Origin: a virus
IMG/VR virus record: IMGVR_UViG_3300014293_000001
Location: 3,732-67,731 of that record
Length of the DNA: 64,000 nucleotides
Strand: one strand, 5' to 3'
Position numbers and translations under genes: made by a program. The notes under the pieces were generated by a model. It was not told where the DNA came from, made no database searches, and worked only from the letters and a program-made list of their open reading frames with translations. Shown in pieces: positions 53,755-60,877 of the stretch (positions within the stretch are counted from its first letter, which is position 1; each line of letters starts with the position of its first letter).

Positions 53755-54532
53755 TAAAAATACCACCTTTCTTTAACATTAAACCTAAAGAATTATACCA
53801 CATAGGATGTAGAATTTCTTTATTACTACTGAAATAGCGTTTGATTTTTAATACATCAAACGATTTTAATTGTTTCTGCCATACATCATTTTCTGATGTA
53901 AACAATGCAATTTGACATTTTGGCAAATCTTGTGCCAAAGTTGTAGAGGAAATTAATCTTTCTACAAACCCTACTTTGTGTTCACCATCATTGTAATATC
54001 TAGCGGCACAAAGCAAACCATTAATAAACACCAACCCAATAGTAATTGTCTTATCACTACTGATAATGACAGTTGGTACATCTTTTTTAGCTTTATCCTT
54101 ACATAATTGATAAAGTCCTTCGCCGTAATAACTAATGCTACGAAGGTCGGTACCAAATCGTTTTAAACTTTCGTGCAAGCTATCTACTTGAAAATTAGGG
54201 ATAGCAACTAAACTAACATATTGCTTCCCTAAAATAGTACCAATACGTAATGTAGATTTATCGTGTGTTGGACTACCAACAATATATGGCAAGGCACCGT
54301 ATTTAATAAGCTCCTTATCCAAATCGCTTTGTACTAACAAAACTTCAGGACGATACATGCGTGCCACATGTAATCTAAATTCACCCTTTTTAAAACCTTT
54401 CATTGTCTGAGAGGCTCTATCTAATTTTGATGTTTTATACCCGTCAAATTCGGTGAATGTAATTTCACCTTCCTTGTTTCGATATACAGCAAACCCCGTT
54501 TCGGAATTTACCGTTAAACCTAGATTTTTCAT
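53747..54532 (-). CDS. hypothetical 261-aa protein
   Basis: AGGAGG SD; coupled to downstream genes. Confidence 0.55.
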   Translation of the reverse strand: MKNLGLTVNSETGFAVYRNKEGEITFTEFDGYKTSKLDRASQTMKGFKKGEFRLHVARMYRPEVLLVQSDLDKELIKYGALPYIVGSPTHDKSTLRIGTILGKQYVSLVAIPNFQVDSLHESLKRFGTDLRSISYYGEGLYQLCKDKAKKDVPTVIISSDKTITIGLVFINGLLCAARYYNDGEHKVGFVERLISSTTLAQDLPKCQIALFTSENDVWQKQLKSFDVLKIKRYFSSNKEILHPMWYNSLGLMLKKGGIFNA

Positions 54533-54540
54533 ATTACCTC

Positions 54541-54879
54541 CTAAATACCAATGCTAAGACAACCTTCTACTTTGCTTCCATTACGGATAACTTCAGCAGG
54601 AACTAATAAATCGTCCCTTTCTGGATAATGCAACTTGAATAGAGCTGATACAATATACCATACACCTTTTTTAGGCTCTGGTAATTGCGAACAACGATAT
54701 ACCGTTTTAGTAACTCTAATACCGTTGATATACCCTTGGAGTGTGGTAACTTCATCCAATCTCCATTCCTCACCTTTTACAGCAGGAATAACTTGGTCGA
54801 TGTCACCTGTTTCATCAAGTATAGTCACTTCATGGGGAGTTTTGTTCAATATTTCCCCATGATAGCTGAATAAAAACAT
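54541..54879 (-). CDS. hypothetical 112-aa protein
   Basis: GAGGGA SD. Confidence 0.5.
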   Translation of the reverse strand: MFLFSYHGEILNKTPHEVTILDETGDIDQVIPAVKGEEWRLDEVTTLQGYINGIRVTKTVYRCSQLPEPKKGVWYIVSALFKLHYPERDDLLVPAEVIRNGSKVEGCLSIGI

Positions 54880-54888
54880 GCTATTCCC

Positions 54889-55380
54889 TCACTTCTCTAC
54901 ATTAAACCAGTCTTGAATGGTAAAAGATAATTCGGTATTACGTAACTCATTAAAACTCATAAAACCGAAGTCCTTATCATTAAAAAAGAAGTCATCGGAT
55001 GTGGAATACAAGCCAATTTCGGCACTTTCCATAGCAACTTGTACAGCTTTATTACCACGGCAAACTTGTTTATTATAATCCGTATTTTCAAAAGCCATAT
55101 CTTGTGGCAAGCATACGGAATTGAAAAGAAATACTTTATCTTTATTGTTGAGCTTCATTGCTTTTTGGCAAATACGCTCAATCAATTTTTGCGTAGGTTT
55201 TGCTACAGTCCACATACTGTATGCTAATTCTACGACATTATTACTAACGCCGTATTGATTAGCAAGAATTGTCAATTCCTCACCATTGAGGTCGGTAGAT
55301 ACTTCTCTACCAACAGAAAAATCTAGTTTTTGTTTTTCGCTTAACCATAAAGCAAAAATTCCAAAAATTGTACGTGCCAT
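54889..55380 (-). CDS. hypothetical protein
   Basis: AGGAAGGAG SD before ATG 55380 (the track starts at 55401). Confidence 0.5.
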   Translation of the reverse strand: MARTIFGIFALWLSEKQKLDFSVGREVSTDLNGEELTILANQYGVSNNVVELAYSMWTVAKPTQKLIERICQKAMKLNNKDKVFLFNSVCLPQDMAFENTDYNKQVCRGNKAVQVAMESAEIGLYSTSDDFFFNDKDFGFMSFNELRNTELSFTIQDWFNVEK

Positions 55381-55401
55381 AATAGGCTCCTTCCTAAGCA
55401 T

Positions 55402-55476
55402 TTATTGCTTAAACACGATATAAATGCAGTAACCAATATATACTGCAATTCCAATACATAGTAAATCTAATCCCAT
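55402..55476 (-). CDS. 24-aa hydrophobic micro-protein (tentative)
   Basis: GGAGGTG SD 4 nt before ATG; 'MGLDLLCIGIAVYIGYCIYIVFKQ'. Confidence 0.35.
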   Translation of the reverse strand: MGLDLLCIGIAVYIGYCIYIVFKQ

Positions 55477-55486
55477 ATATCACCTC

Positions 55487-55879
55487 CTATAATGACACAT
55501 TCCAATCTATCTTCCAGTAATACCTCCACGGTTGGCGATATTTACGGTCTTTACCAACGAATTTCTTATATTGATTAGCCTCATTAATTAAGCCAACTGA
55601 CGCAAGTGTGTAATACAAACACTCCTCTGGTGTCCATAATGGTGCTGTATCACCATCATAACACTCTGCGATGTTATTATAATAGTCAACATAAATATGC
55701 CCATTTTCAACATAGATACATGTAACATCATAATCAAATTCGTTATAAAAATCACGAACATAGATTTCATATGCAACAGAAAAAAGACTATTCCCTAATG
55801 GCAATACACCATCATGGTCAAAATATTGCATAAATGCTCTAATTGTCAATAATTCCAATGGGTTTTCAGGCTTAAACAT
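55487..55879 (-). CDS. hypothetical protein
   Basis: AGGAGG SD before ATG 55879. Confidence 0.5.
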   Translation of the reverse strand: MFKPENPLELLTIRAFMQYFDHDGVLPLGNSLFSVAYEIYVRDFYNEFDYDVTCIYVENGHIYVDYYNNIAECYDGDTAPLWTPEECLYYTLASVGLINEANQYKKFVGKDRKYRQPWRYYWKIDWNVSL

Positions 55880-55887
55880 GATGCCTC

Positions 55888-56031
55888 CTAAAAGTCTAGG
55901 TATATTAAATAGCCATGATGTTGACACCATTGACCAATTATTAATAATAATACGAATACACCTAATAGAAATAACGTATCTTCACAATACTCTTTGTCTT
56001 TTTTTTGTTTACGATAACGTTCTTTTGTCAT
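55888..56031 (-). CDS. 47-aa single-pass membrane protein (tentative)
   Basis: GGAGGT SD inside the end of the upstream gene; 'LFLLGVFVLLLIIGQW'. Confidence 0.35.
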   Translation of the reverse strand: MTKERYRKQKKDKEYCEDTLFLLGVFVLLLIIGQWCQHHGYLIYLDF

Positions 56032-56218
56032 AATGACCTCCACAATAATCACGCCAGTAATTGTCTAGTTCGTGAACATTAACCTTAAACCAGTATGCGA
56101 TGTGTTCTACATCTACTGGGTCGTATTCAACAATAATCTTTTCACCACGGCTCTTTTCAGCTTCTAGGTGCCTAGTTGCATGCTCATATAATGCACACTT
56201 TACATCGTCAGAAATCAT
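56009..56218 (-). CDS. small acidic protein, paralog of 56745..56942
   Basis: GGAG SD before ATG 56218; 'VKCALYEHA...VEYDPVDVEHIAYWF...NYW'. Confidence 0.5.
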   Translation of the reverse strand: MISDDVKCALYEHATRHLEAEKSRGEKIIVEYDPVDVEHIAYWFKVNVHELDNYWRDYCGGHYDKRTLS

Positions 56219-56230
56219 AATTTTCTCCAA

Positions 56231-56260
56231 TTTAAAAAGACTGGGATTTTACTCCCAGTC
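56231..56260 (-). terminator. rho-independent terminator inside the early block
   Basis: On the - strand: GACTGGGA, GTAAAA, TCCCAGTC, then TTTTTAAA. The first arm overlaps the stop of 56249..56464. Confidence 0.65.
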
Positions 56261-56464
56261 TAATTCGCCCTTTTTAAAATATTCATGCTCTAACAAAATG
56301 GTATGCATAGAGACACATCTTACGGTAGCTAAACATTCTAGGTCATCAGCTTGCAACTCATCAGGCAAATCTTCACCCATGTGAGCTGCTATAATCCTAG
56401 CACTGTCTAACATAAGAAAGAAATCAGTACCAGCAGGATAGGTTACACTAAATTCAGCTCTCAT
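56249..56464 (-). CDS. hypothetical acidic protein
   Basis: GAGGTAG SD; 71 aa. Confidence 0.5.
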   Translation of the reverse strand: MRAEFSVTYPAGTDFFLMLDSARIIAAHMGEDLPDELQADDLECLATVRCVSMHTILLEHEYFKKGELDWE

Positions 56465-56748
56465 ACTTCTACCTCACTTTCATATTTATCCCATAATTCT
56501 TGAAGGCGTTTATATTCCTTCCACAAATCGTGGGTTGACATGTAGTGGAAATCATCATAATCATTATGCGATGCCGCATAATCATTAGCATGCTGAGTAG
56601 CATAATCCGTATTACGCTCTTTTTCATCATACTCAAACAATTTTGATACGTAATCGTAGTCATATGACAAACGATATACGCGATTGACTAAATTGTTATG
56701 ATTAATCCAGCTGTAGAATTTCATATATTGTTTCGTGTGGGTATTCAT
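56461..56748 (-). CDS. hypothetical Tyr/Asp-rich protein
   Basis: GGGGGTG SD; ATGA coupling. Confidence 0.5.
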   Translation of the reverse strand: MNTHTKQYMKFYSWINHNNLVNRVYRLSYDYDYVSKLFEYDEKERNTDYATQHANDYAASHNDYDDFHYMSTHDLWKEYKRLQELWDKYESEVEV

Positions 56749-56942
56749 AATGACACCCCCAAGAAACTACACCAATAAGCATTTAGGATATCGAAATCCA
56801 TGCCAAATAGATTGGCTACACGTTCTACGTCGGTGCGTTCGTAAACAATAATGAGTATTTCATCACCGTTTTCGTCGAACTCATGATTAGTAGACGCACT
56901 TTCATACAAAGCGTCTTTTACTGTTTGGGAAATCTCAGCCAT
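56745..56942 (-). CDS. small acidic protein, paralog of 56009..56218; first gene of the leftward block
   Basis: AAAGGTGG SD before ATG 56942; 'VKDALYESA...IVYERTDVERVANLF...AYW'. Confidence 0.5.
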   Translation of the reverse strand: MAEISQTVKDALYESASTNHEFDENGDEILIIVYERTDVERVANLFGMDFDILNAYWCSFLGVSL

Positions 56943-57000
56943 AATAGACCACCTTTCTCTCCGCTTTTTTCTGGAGATACCAAGCACTAATTAAAAATTT

Positions 57001-57140
57001 GTATTGTGTCTACCCAACGTGGTGCTGTCCGTCGGGGACAACCTCACTATGCCCCATCTCCGTGGCTCTACCACAAAACCCAGCAACCATGCGGGCTGGC
57101 AAGCTCTCACGTCATGCACCCCAGCCACTCAAGCAAACGT
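57001..57140. promoter_or_regulatory. GC-rich island related to the 23.33-23.48 kb promoter cassette; probable leader/control region of the leftward block
   Basis: Shares 'ACAAA(A)CCCAGCAAC..TGCGG' (same orientation) and 'GTGGT.GAGCCACGGA' (inverted) with 23386-23474, and 'GAGGTTGTCC' with 28486-95. Confidence 0.4.
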
Positions 57141-57179
57141 ATGTTCGATGTTACATCAAATTATATTTTATACAATACG

Positions 57180-58085
57180 TGTATGTGAAATTAAATCGTA
57201 TGCAATATAATATATAAAAAATATATCGTGCGTGATTATATATAATTAAAAATAATTGTATACAACCAATCTATTATAAATTAAATTGTACAAAATATAA
57301 TTGTATTTTTTATCAAATGTAAATATAATAAAATACCATATATATATAATTTTGTCAATAGCCCTAGAATTGATTATATTAGCCTCTAAGGTGCTTCTAA
57401 CTATTTTTAGGTATAATCTATCATTGAATATATAAAAACGCCATACAGGGCAAATAAAGCGTTTTTAATTACACAATTAAATTGTACACAATATAATTGG
57501 ACATAAAAAAAGGCTACCCTACACAATAGGATAGCCTAAAATTAAATTGTACAAAACTAACAATTATCACGATTGAATAATACAAAATAAGATTGCATAC
57601 AATTAATTGAGCATGATGCCACAATATACAATACAATTGAATACCATAAAATAATATCAAATTAAAACAGGTACAACTAAATTGAGTACAATATGATTAT
57701 ATACAATACGGTTGCGGGGAAAATAAAAGTATCAAATTCCATTGTATAAAATATAAACGATATAAGATAATACAGTATAAGATATAATATAATAAAATCA
57801 AATTGTATGCAATACAATTTCTATAAAATAAAATAGTGTAAAACTCAATTGTATACAATATAAGTATAATCACAAACTACATTATACACAATTCAATTTT
57901 ACACAATATATATAAACATATGTTCGATTTTAAAGACAATAAAAAATACCAGATAATCGAATACAATTCAATTGTACACAATTAGTCAGGCGGGGTAATA
58001 AAAAGAATAAAATTCCATTGTATCAAATATACGTATATAGTAATATAAACATATAAAACTAAATTGTATACAATAGAATAGATAC
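57180..58085. repeat. AT-rich non-coding array of at least a dozen ATTGTA(N0-2)TACAAT-type inverted repeats
   Basis: Copies near 57195, 57256, 57284, 57478, 57545, 57595, 57625, 57682, 57740, 57802, 57848, 57885, 57970, 58015 and 58062. There is also a ~50-bp direct repeat at 57714-57764 and 57990-58040. Confidence 0.8.
57504..57537 (-). terminator. rho-independent terminator within the repeat array
   Basis: On the - strand: AGGCTATCCT, ATTGTGT, AGGGTAGCCT, then TTTTTTT. Confidence 0.65.
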
Positions 58086-58115
58086 AAAAAAAGGGTAGCC
58101 TTAATAGACTACCCT
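58085..58115 (-). terminator. rho-independent terminator of gene 58125..58595
   Basis: On the - strand: AGGGTAG, 10-nt loop, CTACCCT, then TTTTTTTG. Confidence 0.7.
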
Positions 58116-58124
58116 CTCAAGATA

Positions 58125-58595
58125 TTATTTTGTTTGACTTGCCAATAGCTGTTCCATCATCTTTTCAAGTCTTTCAGCACGAGCCTCCGCCTCTTGATTT
58201 TTTTCAATAAGTGCTTTCATGTCCGCTTCTAATTGTGCAGTTTTAGATGTTTTAGCAGTTTTTACTTCTTTTTCAGCCTCTAATTCTACAGTGGAAATAT
58301 ATATTCTGTCAGTAAATAAGCGTACAGTCAAACCGTCATCGCTATGGGCTTCTACGACGCCAGCCCCCCGTACAGATGTAGTGTTGGCAACAGGAATGAC
58401 AAAATTAGAGCCTTTCGCGGACTTAACAATATCACGGGCGTTCATAGTCAACACCATAGTAATGTCCCCTGTATTTTTATCTACAGATACGCCGTATGCA
58501 TGGTCGCGAATCGGTAACTTCTCGCCATCTTGTAATTTTTTAGCGTTTTTAATGATGTTTTGTAATTCGAATTTTGTTGTAACAGTTTTAGCCAT
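58125..58595 (-). CDS. hypothetical protein with a C-terminal coiled coil; isolated monocistronic unit
   Basis: AGAGGT SD; 156 aa; own terminator. Confidence 0.6.
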   Translation of the reverse strand: MAKTVTTKFELQNIIKNAKKLQDGEKLPIRDHAYGVSVDKNTGDITMVLTMNARDIVKSAKGSNFVIPVANTTSVRGAGVVEAHSDDGLTVRLFTDRIYISTVELEAEKEVKTAKTSKTAQLEADMKALIEKNQEAEARAERLEKMMEQLLASQTK

Positions 58596-59159
58596 GATAG
58601 ACCTCTTTCTACGCTTTCAAGCGTTAATGAATAGTTGGTATCGTTTATTGATACCCTGAAAGCCATTCGCTTTCCGTGGCTACACTATCTCATACCTCCG
58701 CTGATATAGTGCAATGCGTTGTATTTACCCCGCTTTTTGCGACATTACCCCCCTCACTATATATTATTCGTTGTGATACAGTGAATTTTTTCTATCTGCT
58801 TCGATACTTTTCGATATATCCTACCTCCCCTCTCAGGGGGTGGGGCTTCGCATTTGGCGGGTGGTGGCGGGACATAGAAAATAGAGACTGCTTATACAAA
58901 AATCCATACCTTCTCAAAAACATTTATACAAAAATCTATAAACCTATAGGTCGAAGAGCACCCAATGATGAGCAATAACTTCTCCCTATAAAAACTAATA
59001 CAAATATGAAGATAACATGAAGTAATTGTTTCACAGTTGATTACGAGTTGTACCGTTTTTGTTTCCCAACAGAAACAGGGTCAAATAGGGTTATTTTGAT
59101 ACCATAGGGGTATCGTAAGTACCCAAAAATGGCAAAATACATATTGTATGGTTTACTAG

Positions 59160-59223
59160 TTCTTTTTCTCTTTCTTTTCTTTCTTTATATATTTCTTTCT
59201 TTATCTTTCTCTTTTTCTTCCTC
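59160..59223 (+). repeat. ~64-nt polypyrimidine (CT-rich) tract
   Basis: tctttttctctttcttttctttctttatatatttctttctttatctttctctttttcttcctc. Confidence 0.85.
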
Positions 59224-59325
59224 GTACTTACGTACTCGTCAGAAAAAGACGTTATCAGCTTTCTAGGGTGGGGCTTCAAAATACCGTAGTACTATCTATT
59301 ACGAAACCGATAACGTGTAATATTT

Positions 59326-59355
59326 TTACAAATCCAAATTAGCTTGTGGTATTAC
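59326..59355 (+). promoter_or_regulatory. possible promoter for the packaging operon
   Basis: TTACAA (59326-31), 18 nt, TGG-TATTAC (59350-55). Confidence 0.3.
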
Positions 59356-59438
59356 CAAATGAACTGTTATGAAACAAACAAAAGTCTAAATCGTATTTTT
59401 CACCGATAGTAGTGAAAGGGCAAGAAAGGAGATTGGTA

Positions 59439-60875
59439 ATGTCAAACGAAATTGAACAGTTAGCAGAGATATACGACAGATGCAAAAATGATTTGGTATT
59501 ATTCCGACAAATGTTTCTTCCAGCAGAACACGAAGTCAAGCCTGCTTGGTTCCATTACAAGTGGGGAGATGTATTACTGAATGGTAATCGACATTATGCT
59601 GTAGAAGGTTTTCGTGAATCAGCAAAAACGTCGTATGTATTGAGAGCTTTCCCAATTCATTGCTTGGTATTTCCATCCAAGAAGAAACAATATATCGTAT
59701 TCATCATGGCTAACCAACGGGCAGCCAGCCGAAGACTTAAAGATATTGCTGAAGAATATACTAGTAACGAATTAATGAACCTTAATCTTGTTCGTATTAA
59801 AGAGCAGTCTGAGAAAGCATTTGAGATTGTAGTTAAAGACGAGAATGGTGAAGAAATTACTGTACGTATGGAAGCGTATGGTAAAGGTTCTAGTGTCCGT
59901 GGTTTAAATAACAAAGATAGACGACCTGATATTATTTTGATAGATGACCCTCAAGACTTGGAAGATAGCTTATCTGATACAGTACAAAAATCTGACTATC
60001 AATGGTTCTTATCTGATGTGTATTTCCTTGGTAAAAATACACGGATATTCTTTATCGGTAATAACCTTGGTGAAAAGTGTATTATTGAACAGGTAATATC
60101 CAACAAAGAGGAACTTGACTTTGATGCGGAACGCATTCCTGTATTGAATGAAGATGGTAAATCTAACTGGGAAGAAATGTACCCAGTAGAAGCTATTAAT
60201 AATGAACGTGAAAAGTGGCGTAAACTTGGTCAGTTAGATATTTGGGAACGTGAAAAGCTATGTATTGCTATTTCTCCTGAAAGCCAAATCTTTAAGAAAG
60301 AATACTTCAGGTATTATGACCCTAATACGATACAACTAGAAGAATGTTCTGTATTCGTCGCATGTGACTTGGCTATTTCAGAAAAGGAAACAGCTGACTT
60401 TACATCTGTCTGTGCTGTTGCTGTAAACCCAGATAACCATTGGTTCCTACTTGAGATTGATTATGGTAGGTGGGACCCAACTAAAACAATTGATACCATA
60501 TTCCAAATGGTTCAAAAATACCGACCAATTTATGTTGGTATTGAAAAAGTCGCTTATCAAGCGGCTCTTATTCATTTTGTGGAAAAGGAAATGATTAAGC
60601 GTAATACTTGGTTTACCGTTAAACCTTTAGAAGCAAAAGAGAAAAAAGAAATCCGTATTGCAGCTTTGCAGCCAAGATTTAAAGCTGGTACATTATGGTT
60701 CCCTATGGGACAGGATTTCTTAGTAGAGTTAGAGAGTGAGTTTTTGTCATTCCCTAAATCTTTACATGATGATTTAATTGATAGTTTAGCACACATTTCA
60801 GCTATTGCCAGTCCACCTGTTGGTACATTTGGTACGGTAAGTACAGCTGATATACCGATGGGAGGTGCGATGTAA
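59439..60875 (+). CDS. terL: terminase large subunit
   Basis: AAAGGAG SD before ATG 59439; Walker A-like 'GFRESAKTS'; Walker B 'IILIDDPQD'; nuclease 'VACDLAIS' and 'LHDDLIDSLA'. Confidence 0.8.
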   Translation: MSNEIEQLAEIYDRCKNDLVLFRQMFLPAEHEVKPAWFHYKWGDVLLNGNRHYAVEGFRESAKTSYVLRAFPIHCLVFPSKKKQYIVFIMANQRAASRRLKDIAEEYTSNELMNLNLVRIKEQSEKAFEIVVKDENGEEITVRMEAYGKGSSVRGLNNKDRRPDIILIDDPQDLEDSLSDTVQKSDYQWFLSDVYFLGKNTRIFFIGNNLGEKCIIEQVISNKEELDFDAERIPVLNEDGKSNWEEMYPVEAINNEREKWRKLGQLDIWEREKLCIAISPESQIFKKEYFRYYDPNTIQLEECSVFVACDLAISEKETADFTSVCAVAVNPDNHWFLLEIDYGRWDPTKTIDTIFQMVQKYRPIYVGIEKVAYQAALIHFVEKEMIKRNTWFTVKPLEAKEKKEIRIAALQPRFKAGTLWFPMGQDFLVELESEFLSFPKSLHDDLIDSLAHISAIASPPVGTFGTVSTADIPMGGAM

Positions 60876-60877
60876 GA

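Noticed and set aside
56999-57217. Three overlapping + strand ORFs (60-72 aa) in the GC-rich island
   Set aside because: All three frames are open only because the GC-rich composition lacks stop codons. None has an SD, and the translations are Pro/Ser/Cys-rich nonsense.
57180-58085. CRISPR array
   Set aside because: The repeats are short (~14-20 bp), AT-rich, imperfect, internally palindromic and irregularly spaced. No cas genes are present.
23353-58690. GC-rich conserved elements as T7/SP6-type single-subunit RNAP promoters ('GCTACACTAT' at 58679-88 resembles SP6/K11 'ACACTATA')
   Set aside because: Four copies have a properly spaced TTGAC -35 and a TGn-extended -10 typical of the host sigma-A holoenzyme. 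No phage-type RNA polymerase gene is visible in the window. The idea stays open for the two copies lacking a -35.
58676-59279. ORFs 58676-58978 (+) and 59091-59279 (-)
   Set aside because: The first spans G-runs and repeats with no SD. The second is the purine strand of the polypyrimidine tract (Lys/Glu/Arg low complexity).
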